A stretch of 64,000 nucleotides of DNA from Felis catus (lineage: Eukaryota), in contig NC_058368.1 of NCBI RefSeq assembly GCF_018350175.1, positions 112,656,001-112,720,000 on the forward strand, read 5' to 3'. Shown here in pieces: positions 13,113 to 27,824 of the stretch (positions within the stretch are counted from its first letter, which is position 1; every line of letters starts with the position of its first letter). The translations under genes were made by a program, and so were the position numbers. The notes under the pieces are model-generated. The model was given only the letters and a program-made list of their open reading frames with translations. It was not told where the DNA came from and did not search any database.

Positions 13113-14910
13113 AATTATGTTCTTATTTTAAAGATGGAAGTTTGAGACATAGAACTTCAGGAAGTTGCCTGTAATCACAAAGGCGATCATGACATGGTCT
13201 AGACTTGAAACCAGGCCACTCTGACTTCAAAGACAGTGGTTAGAACTGTTACCCTGTATTCCCATAAAGTAGATTTTAAATCAGGGAGACATGTCAAAGC
13301 ACAAGGGACCACAGTGATTTCTCCAAGCCCACAGAGACCCAGGGACCTCATGGTTTCAGATGCTGTTAGAACTCTCATCTCTCTGTGTTTCTGTCTGTGG
13401 GCCAGCCAAGTCCCAGTGGAGATAAAAATCAGGAATACATAAGGGGAAGGACTCAGGCCAGTTTCCTCAACAACTTTATCTTCCTAAACGGAATAAATCA
13501 TCACACCAAAGACAAAATCCCAGGTGCTCTCTCCTGCATACAGACAAGAGCAGCAGCAGCTGATTGAGTAGTTGCTTAATGCCTGGTCACCACTTTGCCA
13601 GGGACTAGGTTAATGTCGAGGCCACCTAAGCACAGATTTACAGCATTGAAAAGTACAGACTCCAGTAAAAAAACTGCTTTGCTGAGGACCTAATTAGTAT
13701 CTTGGGTCTCTTGCCAAATCCCACCTGACACAACTTACTAGAAGAGCTGTAGTTTCACATAATTCTCTGAGCCTGAGTTCTGACTGAATAATGTTCCCAA
13801 GTTGGACCCGTAACTCTGCAGACTTTTCCTGGTGGCTTTGCTGTGCCTTAGGTGTAAAGACGCATGGGGGCGTAGAACATGCACTGGCTTTGGGGTCAGT
13901 CCACCTGGTGTAAATCTTGGCTCTACCACTGACTGGTGAGGGACTGAGAGGCTTAACTTCTCAGGTCTCAGTTTCTCCATCTATAAAATGACCCTAATCG
14001 TGCCTGACTCAAAGGATTTTTCAGGGGTTCAGAAAATGCAGTTCAATTTTTGGTTTATGGTTCAATTTTGAAGTGCCAAAATACTGTTGTTTTTCTTCTG
14101 GTGTAATATTTTATTTCTGTAATAAAAGTCAGAAATACAAATCATGTACATGTTAAGCCCTGTCCAAAGAATTATATAAAACATTATTTTTTTTTATCAA
14201 TCAAAGGTATGCTCACTTACAGAATATTCACCTACAGTTTTCATGGTTTTTAAGTAGAGGAAGAAATTTGATTCCAATTTTTCTTGCAGAATAATTCTTA
14301 TTCTAGTTCTAAGACTTTATCAACAAGGAGAACATATATTTAAAGGTACTGATTTTGATAAAGGTAATCTGCATCTATATTTAATGAAATAAAAGAAAGC
14401 AAAGACTGGAAATACTTTCTTGAAATAAAAGACACAGGTTTCAACCAAAACAAAAATTCTTTTCCTATGTTGATGGAACTAGTGGTAGGTAGTAGGGTGA
14501 AGTGGTCATGCATTTTCCAAAAAGGCTTTATCAAATTATCTACTAAAATATTAGGTCAGTTGCAGGTGAAGAAATCAGAAGGAGCTCTTTGGAGTTGACT
14601 TATAACTTTATGATACCAAAATTTTCAAGTTTGTCTTGCAGAGAAGTGTACATGCATATAATTCAGCAATGATGTATTTGATATGCTTTACTTTTTAAAA
14701 ATCACACTTTACATTTTACCTTCATGTAATTATTTAAAAATCACACTTTAAAATTAATTTCGTCTTTTATGAATTTATATTATAATGCTCGTGTATGTGT
14801 AACATATATTTTGCCCATGTTTTATTTTTACTTGATGTTTTTATTTGTATATGCAGTTTTACACTTAAAGCACACTCAGGATTTAGTATCTTTTAAAATT
14901 TAAACTTTTT

Positions 14911-15138
14911 ATTTATTATTTATTAAAAATTTTTTTTAATGTTTATTTTATTTTTGAGAGAGAGAGAGACAGAGCCTGAGCAGGGAAGGGCATAGAGAGA
15001 GACACACAGAATCCGAGGCAGGCTCCAGGCTGTGAGCTGTCAGCACAGAGCCTGATGTGGGGCTTGAACCCACGAACTGTGAGATCATGAACTGAGCCAA
15101 AGTTGGACACTTAACCGATTGAGCCACCCAGGTGCCCC
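14911..15138 (-). mobile_element. CAN-SINE (SINEC_Fc-like)
   Basis: Typical body; TSD taaaatttaaacttttt/taaaatttaagcttttt. Confidence 0.93.
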
Positions 15139-17167
15139 TAAAATTTAAGCTTTTTAAAATTTAAACTTAGGAATTTTCAACACTTATGAAATGTGACCAT
15201 TACCAGTATTTTGATAATATGAGACATAAATCTTGAAAAACCTTTGGTTCGTGAATAAGAAACGTGACCCAAATGTTAACAGTCTTGTCAGCTGGTGAGT
15301 ACAGACCAGCCCCATTGACATGCATCTGTCTGTCCAACGACCAGACATGTAGTAAATGCTATTTGATACTTTGCACCAAGCACCTTCAGGTGTGGAGAAT
15401 ATAGTAGTAAGTGAGGCGGTCAAGTTTTTTGCCTTTGGGAAGATTGTGAATTTCCAAAACTTGCTACGTCAGAGCCCTTTCAGGCTGGATGGCAAGCAGT
15501 TTTTAATGATGGCCTCCTATGTGTTTCTACTTGAGTCACATACTAAATGTTCCCTGAAGTGTCCCCAGGTGGCCGATCCAGCGCATAGGTACAGCTGCTG
15601 TTGTGTCCCTGTAGCTCTGTTCTGGCTGTCCTACCGTCAGCTCGTTATTCTGTTGTTCTGCTTGCATGGACGCCTCCTGGGCTGGCCTGCACCTACCTCT
15701 GTAGTGTGTTTAGCCCTCTGCCCTCTACTCTGCTCTCGTGACTTTCTTTCTCCTGCAGTTCTGCTGCTGGCCTGGGGGGCTCCCACAAGGTAGTGGACGC
15801 TGAATTCCTCAAGACCTCGAATGCCTTTGTTGTGAGGGCCATCCACTTTCTCAGGACATGTGGCCACTTGCTCACCATCATGTCTCATCTCCACATTTCC
15901 ATCTGTCTACCCCAGAAATGCCTGTATCTTCTCATGCCCATCTTTTCTAGAGGGCACTCCCTCAATAGAGTCACTGGAACTAATGCCCAGGGTGAAGTAA
16001 TGCCTTCCACTGTTCCACAGTTTCTCCTTCTCAGGGTTCAGGCCTGCATAATTCTGTTCTGATGATCCCAAGTAGATTACTCGTCTTATTCATGTCACCT
16101 CCACTTGACTACATGAGTTAGTTTCCCAAAAGCCAGATGGACAAAGGTGTGAAAACCTGAGCCAGTACTCTTAGCTCCCTATATAAAGTTAGCTTGTCTT
16201 GGCTTATGGGGAGGTCAGGGAGGACCTGAGGACCACTTCATGCTGAACTCTGAACTCCTGTTCGCCCCTACACTCAGGTTTTTCCCAGACTTCTCGTTTC
16301 TGGGAATTTGTCTTTCAGTCTTTCCTTAACATTAACCTTATTTCCTGCTCTTCCGCTTCCCAGCACCAACCTGACCAACAAAGTGAAACCCAGTGTAGAC
16401 AATGTTCAGGTTAGTTCTCACAAAGTTCTGGGCCCCATGCAGACAGTAGAGTGTATCTATGATGAATATTCCCTCCCCAACAGCTACCATGATTTTGCAC
16501 ATCTAGAGCACACAGACAACTTTTAAGGGGTGTTTCCTAATTCTTGATGTCGTGCTTCCATTTCTATCATCTGATACTTGAAGGGACATTGTTACTTGAC
16601 GGAAAGCCTGGCACACACCTTAGCCAGATACGTAGCAAAGGTTGCTGTATTTTCCTCTTGGTGGTACCTGTGTCTGCTCTGTCACTAATGCTTCCAGCCT
16701 GGACATCCCCAGTTGCACCTTTTGTTTCTCCAGGAAATCTGGAAATTTATCACATCCCAGACACTGGGAAACCTGAAGTGTTTATTTCTGGTGGAGGCAA
16801 ACCCTGGTCATGCAGGTGACCGCTGGCTGTCATTCTTACATGTCAAATGATGGGTATGAATATTCAGCAGCCAATGGAAAGGTCCCCTTGACACTTCTGT
16901 TTAGTATTTGAAGAGACACTAGTGCCCTTTGTCATTCAGGGGTCACACCCCAAGGTATATATATGTAGAAAATTTCCTGGTGAGTTAATTTTGGTCTTAC
17001 TTTGGGTGCTGTTTTTTGTTTTTGTTTTTAATCAACCCATGGCAATAACGTCTTTATTTCTCTCAGAATGTTCATATTCTTCAGAAGTTGAAATTGAATC
17101 TCATAAGCAATTGTGATATGTTTAAGCTTACATGTATGTATGTATGCATAAATTTGTATCTTTCTAT

Positions 17168-17221
17168 CCATCCCTCCCTCCATCCATCCATCCCTCCATC
17201 CATCCATCCATCCATTCACCC
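17168..17221. repeat. Imperfect (TCCA)n repeat
   Basis: Read directly from the sequence. Confidence 0.85.
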
Positions 17222-18984
17222 ATATGCTCGTCCAGAAAATACCTATTGAGCCAGATGCCACGAACACAAAGGTTAAAAATAATGTTCTGGCTTTCATGGC
17301 CCTCTAAGTCTAGTCAGGGAGACTGGTAAACAGGAAGATTCATTGTAGCTCAGTTGGTGCTATAGCAGTGCTATCAGGATGCTATGAAAGAGCAGAGAAA
17401 AGCACCCATCCCAAGAGGGGATACGGAGGGGCAGTGAGGGAAGGCTTCCTGGAGGAGGAGGGTTTTTTGAGCTGAGCTAGAGAGTCTGTTAGGAGACCAT
17501 CAAGAGAGTCAGGAAGGGCATTCTGAAAAGAAGGACCTGCAAAGAATTTGGGCTTCTAGGTCAGATAGATCTTGCTTTAAATCTTGACTTTGCCTCTCAG
17601 GCAGTGCTATTGCATCTGGAAAGTGGGGATGATGATATTGATGGTGCGCTGAATGAGGGTATTCAGAGCACTTGGTATGGTTAAGGGCACAGATTAAGCA
17701 CTTAATAGATTGTTGTTTTATTAGTGATGCCTCGGAACCTAGTGTGTCAGGAGAGATGAAGATAGCTCAGGGTGGATGATCTTTGGAGAGCAGTAGGAGG
17801 TAGGAGCTGCTCAGGAGTCTTGCATCACCCTAACACGGAGACTAAACGTGCCTCAGAAAAACAGGGTGTCTTGGCAGCTAATAGTCTTTCATTTTTAGAT
17901 ATATGGGCAGGAACCCATAATGTAGATTGTATGCACACACTTGTCCCCACTTCCGCCCCTGCTGTACTCCCATTTACCAAAGAGCAGAACAACATCATTT
18001 AAATTACAGCATCAGACAGTCTCAAAAGGCTCCAGAGGCACCTGATTCATGGAACCTGCCCAGCAGACAATTATAATTTATTGCATTGTCCAGGATTCTG
18101 TTTGCAACTTCTTTAAATGTTAATGATCAATAATGTAATTATGATGGGGAAAGTTTCTGGGCCAGTTGTGAGTTTAATTGGATTTACAAAGCCATCTGGA
18201 GCTTTGCAGAATTCTTTGTATATTATTTCCAGACCAAGTTTGGATAGCTTCTGGTTGCTATAATGTCCAACATATAGCAAAGACACCTTCCCAAGCTCTG
18301 AGAATCCAGAAGGGTAGACCTGGGTCAGAGGACACAGGGATGATGGTAGATTCTGTAATCTCCCCTCTCCTCAACTCCCCAAGAACAGTGAAGGGGCCAG
18401 TAAAGATGGATTTCTTCTAAGAACTGAGCTCCCTTCATCTGGACAAGAGGCTTGATCAATGACTGCCCACTATGGGCAGAGAACAAGAACATTTCTTCCC
18501 ATATCTTTGAGGTTTTTGATAATCTGGTTCTTGCATACTTCCCATCCTGCCAATCTCCTTTTTCTTTCAATGTGATGTAGCTCCACTCCCCACTCTTCCT
18601 GAAACATACTAAGGTCTCACTTGACCACCTTGACCAAAATAGAAGTCTTCCCTCTACCTGCCAATCAGTCCCTTCCTGCCTCTTACCCTGCTTTGTTTAT
18701 ATCACTTGGTAACCGCCAGACTTTATGGTACACGTTTATCATCTGTCACTGCACTAGAATGTAAGCTCCATAATGGCAAGGACTTTTTTTTTTTTAATTG
18801 CATTATGTTCACAGTACTTAGTGTCCAGTACATAGTAGCCTTTTAATAAATATTTGCTGAATGAATGAGTGAATGAATGAATGAATGAATCTTCTAGCTC
18901 ATCTCCTTAACTCTACCATGTGCCCCTACAAATAAGAAGTCTAACCCTTTCTTTCCGCCTGGGGGTAGATGGCCTTTCTAAAGA

Positions 18985-19540
18985 TAGTGGTAATAATCTC
19001 TCCCATCTCACATGCTCTGCAGTGTGACAGAGGTGGGGTCTGTTTGCACTGCCACTGATGCTGGGCTAGCTCTCAGTGATCTATTTTGAACAACAGAATG
19101 TGGTAGAAGTGATGCTGCAGAACTTTCCAAGACTGGACCTTAGAGATCTTCAGCATCTCTTTTCACTCCTGGGAAAGCTCTCTCTTCAAAGACAACTGCC
19201 CTGTAGGAGACCACCCCCCTGAGATCACTGTGCTGTTAGGAAATGCAACATAGCCCTGTGGAGGGGGAGAAGGCAGGGAGAGAGAGAGAAAGAGAGACAG
19301 AAACACACTATATAAAAGGGCATTCATGTGCCAGACACGTAAGTGAAGCCTTCTAGAATCTTCCATTTCAGCCTAACCACCAATTAGCTTACACCAGTTT
19401 GATACAGCTGAGCAAAGGACTCCAGCTGATGCACTGTGGTCATAAGAACTTCTCACTTGAGTCGTGCCAGATTTCATGATCCACAGAATTGTAAGCAGAT
19501 AAAAGTATTTGTTGTTTTTTTAAGCCACTGAGTATTAAGC
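18985..19540 (+). mobile_element. MaLR (MLT1-type) solo LTR
   Basis: aacagaatgtggtagaagtgatg...aataaaa-like signal...ttttaagccactgag resembles MLT1; boundaries approximate. Confidence 0.7.
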
Positions 19541-19981
19541 ACCAGAAGATAAGTTGAACGCTTGTGTTGCTTTCAGTCCCAGGTGTCCAGCTCTCCGTGT
19601 TACCTCCTTCTCCATGGGACCATTGGGTGAGACCTCCCTCCACAGCTTTCAACTCTTCTCTCCTGGGACGCTCATCTTCTTTTCGTCTCCTCCTCTCCTT
19701 CACAGAAGAAGTGTTCCTCCTAATCGCAGCTGGCTCTCACCTGTGTTCTTCACCTTCCCCACAGCCTCTGGACTATCTGAAATCTGGTCCCTAACTCTGA
19801 TGCAATTGATTTCTCAAAATCATGTTAATTTTCTCCACTCCTCAGACTTGATAGTCTGTTCTCTGTCTTCCTGTCCTCGGATACCTCTGTAACCCAGATA
19901 CCACCTCCTGCCCACTGAGCTGTAGATGCCCTTCACTTAATCTCCTCTGCATCACTGGGTGTCTGAATAACCCTCTTGGGA

Positions 19982-20180
19982 GGGGCACCTGGATGGCTCA
20001 GTTTGTTGAGTGGCCGACTGTTGATTTTAGCTCAGTCATGATCTCACAGTCATGGGATCAATCCCTGCACAGGGCTCTGCACCGGGTGTGGAGCCTGCTT
20101 GCGATTCTTTTTCTCCCTCTCTCTGCCCCTCCCCTATGCATGCCCACACTCTTTCTCTCTCAAAAAAATAATAATAAAAA
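19982..20180 (+). mobile_element. CAN-SINE, older copy
   Basis: ggggcacctggatggctcag head; TSD gaataaccctcttggga (19965-19981) / gaataaccttcctggga (20181-20197). Confidence 0.92.
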
Positions 20181-21091
20181 GAATAACCTTCCTGGGAGAT
20201 GAGCCTGTCATGTTTTCTCAGCTGAAGTATCATGACGGGAGAATGATTGGCCTTCTACCTCCTGTGGAGGTGTCCAGGAGGATTCTGTGAGCCAAGTAGT
20301 TGTGGTTCAGAAGGAAGTACACAGTTCTTGGGACTGGTTCCAAAAACCACATGCTGGCCATTTTGGGGTATCAAGGTCTAGTGAGGGGGAGGGGATGGAG
20401 AAGGGTATCTGATATTGGAGAGATGCTTCCTGAGACTAGAAGAAGAAATTGGGCTTTATGAGTTTTCTGTGGGGTGTAGACATCAGATTGCCCTTGAACT
20501 CTGCCCCATAGGTAGAAAGACCCCCAGATGGCGGTCATTCCAGAGTGCTGGGGGATTCACCAGTGCCAAATGGCTTCTTTGTGGAAAGGGAGGACCCCAG
20601 CAGTAGTCTGGCCCAGAGATCCTGCTTCACTGGAAGCTCCATGAGGGAAGGGACTCCTGTCTGTTCTGTTTTGTTATTGTATTCCCAATACCTGTTACAT
20701 TATTTGGGACAGAGTGGGTGCTCAAACAAACTGTTAAATGAATTAGATGGAGCTACAGCTTGGGCAGATGGTGGTGATCAGTGCGTGCTAGGGGCAGTGT
20801 GTATCCACAAGAAGTGGATAGGCCAAGAGCCCTCCTTTGCATATACAGGTGAGTTTTCAGGACTATGGTGTGACACAGAGGAGGATGCTCCACAGTGACT
20901 GAGACAGGATTTTCTGGCCACCTGGGTAGGAGATATGGGGCCAGATTTCACATGGCTTAGAAAAGTAAAAAATGTTAGGGAGCCAACATTTATTGGATAT
21001 ATATGATGCACAGGCATTATTCTAGGTGATTTTCATGTGTTAATGTAATCCTCACACTAATCCTATGGCATAGACACCATTATGTTTTTTC

Positions 21092-21305
21092 TTTTTTTTT
21101 TTTTTTAACATTTGTTTATTTTTGAGACAGAGAGAGAGCATGAACAGGGGAGGGTCAGAGAAAGAGGGAGACACAGAATCTGAAACAGGCTCCAGGCTCT
21201 GAGCTGTCAGCACAGAGGCTGACACGGGGCTCGAACCCACGGACCGCGAGATCATGACCTGAGCCGAAGTCGGACGCTTAACCGACTGAGCCACCCAGGC
21301 GCCCC
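21092..21305 (-). mobile_element. CAN-SINE (SINEC_Fc-like) inserted in a MIR
   Basis: CpG-rich body ending ccaggcgcccc; TSD ttatgttttttctt on both sides. Confidence 0.94.
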
Positions 21306-23569
21306 TTTTATGTTTTTTCTTAAGCAAGTGAGGAAACTAAGGCACAGAGAGGCTAGGTCACTTGTTTAAGGTCACACAACCAAGACGTCAACCACCCAAA
21401 TACTCCCATTCCACGTATGAGATTTCTTAACCCAAGAGTCCTGAAGCAAATTCATACTGGTTATATCTGTTTCTCCACTAATTACATGTATAGTACTATA
21501 TATCTATGTACATAAAATTTTAATAGTATAATAAAATGACATTTCCAACGGAACAGATTAAGGTTAGAAATAGAAAACTGTTTTCTAATAATAGATTATA
21601 ATACCTTGGAGCGGGCTGTGCTGTGCCTGCTACCTAGATAATGTGTAGCCAGTCCTGTAACTAGTACCTGCTGCAGATTAGAATAATTCCTGAAAGATAG
21701 CATTTGCAATGTGCTAGTCGCCCACATTTATCAGGTACCTACTATGTTCTAGGCCTTTATAAGGCACGCATTATGACCCATACTTTAGAGATGAAGGAAA
21801 AACAAGGTTAAGTGGTTTGCTTAAGGTGACTGCAGGCTGTCTCAATCCAGAGCTCATGATTCTAACCCCTCCTCCACCTAGAAAAGATTCACCATGATCC
21901 ACACGTTGAAAGATCTGGTTTTCCACAGAATTATGCACTCTTTGATTTTCTGGGAGGGAGCCCATTACTTCAGGAAGAAGTCTTTAACAACAGTATTACA
22001 TAGTTGTGCATATATGTGCAATGTTCATAAATATAATAATCAGTTACAATTACAATAGAACATATATACGTGTATGTCCCCCACCCTCATAGTACACCAT
22101 TTTCTCTGGCCAGTGGGCTATTATCGGCTAGGGATCTGTAACTGGTGCTGACGGATCTGGTTTTTGGAATTCTGTCTTTATAAATCCTCCCTAATGGGCC
22201 TTAATAGCACTAAATTTCAGCATGCTGGTTACTGAAAGCAGCTTCCAAATTAGTGAACATTTAAACATCTTTTTGCTCATTGAATGAGGGTCCGTGTTAG
22301 AAAACCAAGTACTATTTTGCATCCACTGAAAATAATCCAGGGAAACTGAAGGATCCACTGAGAGGTTTAGTTTCTCTGAGGATCTTGGCTGAGTTAGTTT
22401 CTGTAGCCAGAGACTTCCTCCAGTTTCCGGCACTTCTCTGCCTTTGTGCACAGGGCTTGTGGGTTGAGTAGGAGCACCTGACTCTGTGGGTTCACTTGCC
22501 CCTTTGGCAATTCTTCTGGCACCCTCTGGGGGAGGGGGGGGAAGCTGGTCTTAACCCCTCAGGTCCCAGCACAGCCTGGTGGCTAAGAACAGAGGCTTTG
22601 AGACCAGGGATTTAAGTTGGAATTCCTCTTCTACTTCGTACCAGTTGCCCAACTTTTGGAGAGTTGCGTTCTCTCTCTGGGCCCCCATACCTTCATCAGT
22701 AATATGGGGACCTGTGACCAAGGCTGTGAGGCTGAGGCACGCACATGAAGTGTGGGGACAGGGCTGGCACTCCTGAGAGAGAGAAATACTCTATATGTGT
22801 TCTTCCTGAGCATTTCTCTTGAGTTATTATTTCTCTCCTTGTCCTCTGCCTAGTCCTTCCCCCACCCATGTGGGCCCAGGGCTCTGCACTGCCGCATCCT
22901 ATCACAAAGTCCCCTAGGCTCCAAGATGGCCTCCAATACCCTCTGTCACCTAAGTGAAATCTCTGTTAGGGCAATTTAGGGATCTGAGTAATACAGTCTG
23001 TCCTGTGATTGATAGGCCAGACTCCCACAGAAACTTCTAGGTTGAATTTGTGTGCTGGATTGCAAAGCCCCATTTTCTACTCCCAAAACACCAGTTATGC
23101 AAGATTTCTTCTTTCTTTTCATGAACACAGCTACCACTTTACTTTAGGCCCGCATCACCTCCCATTCGACTCTTCCAGTAGCATCTTAGTTCCCGTTCTA
23201 TACACTATCAAACCCTGCTACTCGAACTGTCTTATGGTAACAAGGCTACCTACAGTCATGACCTAGCACTTAGCCACAAATATATGTAAAAAGTTCTGTA
23301 TTGCGCAAGAGCCATTCATGTCACCTTTGAAAAGGTCAAGGCTCCAATATGCAAATGCTAAAGGATATTGGTGGTGGTGTGTAGTGAATGGCTGTGGGTG
23401 GGGAGAATTCACGTAGAAAATGCTCATCTGCATAGTGACCAGAGGAATACATTTTACACATGATCTTAGCCAAAAGGCCGAGAAGCGATTAGGAATACAT
23501 TTTAATATATCTAATACTTGCAAAGTACCGATGAAACCGGCTCAGTTGTATAATACTGCTGATATTGAA

Positions 23570-24010
23570 AAATAGTGTAGCCCTTGAAAAAATAATTTTG
23601 CAATATGTGTTCCACAGATATTTGTGTCCTTTGACCCAGGAGCCTCACTCTCACAAACTCAGTTTTCGGAAATAACAAAAAGAAGGAAAGAAAATGATAT
23701 GTATGAAGATAATAGAAAAATATAAATCTATGAAAAAAGCAAATGTCTATCAGTAGACAAGATATACACTGTGATACATGAGTCTTATCCTGTCATAAAA
23801 ATAATAATTATAGAAAAAAATAGAAAAGTGTTCTAATGCTAGGTGAATCACATCACAGAATTATTTACCCTATGGTTGTAAGTATGTAAATACATGTGTC
23901 TGTATGGGAAATAGTTGGAGGCATGTCAAGAAATGAAAACAATCAACATGTGGACACGATTGTAGATTATTCTTTTCCTTTTAAAATTTTTTCCTATTTT
24001 TAGGCTGTTT
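23570..24010 (+). mobile_element. Old L1M (L1ME-like) 3' fragment
   Basis: ttttgcaatatg...cctttgacccagg...aaatgtctatcagtag motifs typical of ancient L1 3' regions. Confidence 0.5.
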
Positions 24011-25084
24011 GTGTAACAAATGAAGTAAGTATGATTATAAAGGCAACCCGTAAAGACAACGTCATTGATTCCATTTCTGTTATGGAATGAAGGTCATACA
24101 TTTCAGCACATCTTCATAGCCTGTCACATCTGGCCCCACATCCCTAGCAGGCTGCATTTTCTCTGACCTCAGGCTTCTGGTCTCCAGTTGCCACTCCCAT
24201 CTTGTCCCTTCCTCCCCAGGCTCTTCTCTTCCCATATGCCTTCACTCTCACCATCTGCAATTCTCCAAACATTATCACACTTTTGTGCTTCCCTCCCATT
24301 TCTTTGTCTGGAACATCTTCATTCCCCTTTTCTTTTGAGCTCTGACCCATCTTTTAGGGTTTGACTCGAAAGCTACCCCTTCTTCTTCCTTAAAGTTTTC
24401 CCACATCATTTTTGCCTGAGTTAATCTTTCCTTTCTTTGTTAGATAAAGGGCTGAATTGAGGTCTGGGTAGCCCTTTAGGAGGTAAGCTCCTGATGCCAG
24501 GGGCTGGGTCTTTCTTTTTAATGCCCACAGATTTAGCTGATAACAGGTGTCATATGGTTATCTCCTCTTTGAAGTTTGCAAATTTGCCTGTTCAGAAAGA
24601 GCTAACACCTATTAGAAGGAGAGCAAGCAAACCAATCAAATGATGATACATCAGATGGGTTTATTATGGAATAATACTATAAAGATTGATAATTTCTTCA
24701 GGATTCAGTTTTGGGCCAAAATATTATGAACTTTACTAATCAAGTAGTGGTATTTTATATTTAAATAACTTCCCTTCCTTCTTCCCTCCCTTCCTTCCTT
24801 CCCTCCTCTCCCTCCCTCTCTCTCATTCATTCATTTATTCATAAAATAACCATGTCAGTGGCGATCTGAGTTTCCATGGACTCATTGCCAATAGTTATAG
24901 GAGTCCAAGAATGAGACAAATAATAGCTAATATTCATAACTCATCATAGGCTACTTTGCTATTTGATTCTCAAGAGAATCCTGAGAGTTTCCTCAACAGT
25001 TTTTAGGAATGCACGTCATCTAGAACATGAGATTTTACTGTATTTCAGAAAAATAAAACCTGGAAGAAAACTCAGGTATGTTTC

Positions 25085-25585
25085 ATCCATTGACTCAGCC
25101 GCTTACTCAGTAAATAATTTTGAGTATCTCTTGCTTGCTCGGGTCTGCTATAGGCTCGGGATACAGAGGTGAGCTGCTGCCATAGAGTTTAGTGTGTTGG
25201 GGGAAATAGACAGTAAACAAGTGAACAAATGATACTACAACAGAACACGTACTGGGATAGACAGTGGCTGATGAGGGAGGGAGCAACATGGTGACATTCA
25301 GATAGAATGATCAAGAAGGTCTCTCTCAGGAGATAGCTGATCTGAGTTTTGAATGATGAAGAAGGTCCAGCCAGTAGAGATATGAGGGAAAGACATCAAT
25401 AACTTCTCTGGGTTGGGCATTAGTATGGAGTGTTGAAGGGAGAGAGAAGGAGGCAGTGTAGTTGGAGATGAGTGAGCAGGAGTGAGCTTGGTGTGAGGTG
25501 AATTTGGAGAGGAAGCAGAGGCTAAGCCGTGAAGCACCTTGTAGGGCATGGTTAGTAGTTTGGATTTTAAGCACTTTAACGGCAT
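25085..25585 (-). mobile_element. L2 3' fragment
   Basis: cattgactcag...agtaaataattttgagtatct followed by purine-rich L2 antisense body. Confidence 0.7.
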
Positions 25586-25589
25586 GAAA

Positions 25590-25980
25590 GATGGTGGTGG
25601 TGGCCCGCCTAGATCTCTTTACCTGTTAGGCCCTCCCATCCCCTGCTCGTGGGGGGGTTGGCTGCCGAGGGCTCACTGATGAATCCTTCTCCAGAAGTTT
25701 ACCTCTGCCCCTGGAAGCTGCTTTGCCCAGAAATGCCTGGCAGGTTATGCCTCTCCCCTGGGGGCAACCTGCAAGTAATGACCAACTGATACAGATGCCC
25801 CTTGCTTCGCTACGGTGCTACTCATACATCAGAGCTCTCCCACGAGATCAGGCTGAAGTTAGCTTCACCGAAATCACTTCTTAGATTAGCTTCTTCTCCA
25901 GCTTCTGCCCCCTCATTGTAGGATTCTTCTAAGATTGCTCACTTGCACAAGGACCCTTGTCTCAGGCTCTGCTTCTTACA
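25590..25980 (+). mobile_element. ERVL solo LTR (LTR16-like)
   Basis: ggtggcccgcctagatc...cacttgcacaag...tctcaggctctgcttct resembles the LTR16 family. Confidence 0.6.
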
Positions 25981-27824
25981 GTGAGGATTATTAGACTGAA
26001 AGCTTCCTGAGGGCAGGGACTCCACCTGGCTTGTTCCCTTTGAGATGGAAGAAGGGAGCGGGGTGTGACAGGATCTGATTACTTAAAAAATTTTGTAATT
26101 GTAGCTTGTGTGTGGGGCAGAGGGAGGAGGGAAGAGGTAAGAAGAACATTTGGTGGCTATTCCAATCTTTTAAGTACAGTATGCCTATGGCCTGGATTAT
26201 GTAAGTCAAGGGATCTCTATTAAGCACAGATTTTCATCCACAATTATACTTAAAAAACTCCCCTTCCATCAAGGAATTTACAAATGACCTTAGGCAGATG
26301 AATGTTAATAAAAGAATAATGCATTATGGTACATAATGGGAGGAACATATAAAAGATCAAATGCTCGTTAAGACTCTGAATCTATGTATGACCACTTAGT
26401 ACAGAAATAATGAGAGTTTGTCTTTAGCTTAATTACTGGAGTTAGTCACAGGTCCTTGGGGGGACTATCATTTCTAAGATCTGTTTGACTCTGGGATAAA
26501 AGTGACAATTTGAAAATGGCTCTTGTTGTGCTTTCCACTTTGGGCTAGTAAACGCATCTGATTTGCATCTATTTCTTGGAGGCATTGGGGATTTATGTTA
26601 CTCCCTTGAATGCTCCTCAAATTCTTCTCTTCTTGTTAACCTCCAAATCAGGATGTAATAATAATCAGACTCTGACTATTTTAACAAATGCAGCACATGA
26701 TGAATATCATGATAGTTTCAGAAGCTAAGGCTGCGTAGCCTAGGAAACATGATAACCAAGAAGAAAAATGCTTTAAAGGATTATCGTTTCATGCAAATAT
26801 TTATATAGTGAAAGAGCTGAACAAAAGGCAGCAAAATAACCAAAAAGCAATAGTTTTCTCCCCTGTTGTGACAGCCGTTACTTTGAGGATCTGAAATCTC
26901 TTTTTGCAAAAGCATAGTAGTATCTGATCTTTAGAGGAAGTTGTATCAGATGATTCACAGCAGGCCTGAGGAAGGGCAGAGAGGAGGCCTCAGGTGCTGT
27001 GCTTTTCCCTCTTAAAACAGCCAGGCAGGATATGGGGGTAGGCTAGCAGCTCATGCTAGTGAGTGCAGGGAGCAATCCTGAGATCCACTGTGGAACAGTA
27101 AGTGATCTGAGTCCTCCTTTGGGGGACAAAGGCCCCAGAGGGTCTCTCCGAGACTATGCATGAACACCCTGGGAGCCACCCACCGCTTTGCTCCATCCCT
27201 AAGACTGCCCAGCCAGAACCAATGTTAGGGTTTCTTTGGATAGTAAGAGTTCTTTCCCGGTGTTCTAACCCCAGAGGACACATGTCATCATGGAGAAAGT
27301 GGAGATGGTGGCCTCATACTTGAAGACCAGCCTGAAACATCATCTGAATATTATAAGGAGTTATATTTAGTTTGAGAACGATTAAAGCCTATGTATGACT
27401 TTGCACTTTGTGCCCATCTATTCGTTTACTCAGCAGCGAGCCTGTACATTATGTGCCGAGTAAGTACTGTTCACAGACCAAGATGGATGAGGAGAGGTCC
27501 TACCTACTTTGCAGGAGCTCAGTCTTTCCGAAATTTAGAATCATAAGAGCCTTTAAAAAACACATTCCCTGGGCTTCCACTTAGAAGAATTGGATTAGAG
27601 ACTCTGTGGGTGGGGCACCGACTTTGGTGTTTTTGAATAAAGCTCTCAGGTGGTTTCATGGTGCCGCTAAGTTTGAGAATTTAGTTCCAAGAGATACAGT
27701 GAGTTTGAGTTTGATTTAACCTTGGATTTGGTCTAGAGAGATGCAATACATCCTTGGAGAACTGTAATCCCTGCCCCCGGGGTTTGTAGTTAAGGGATTG
27801 TGGCCTGGATTCTGAAAACCATCC

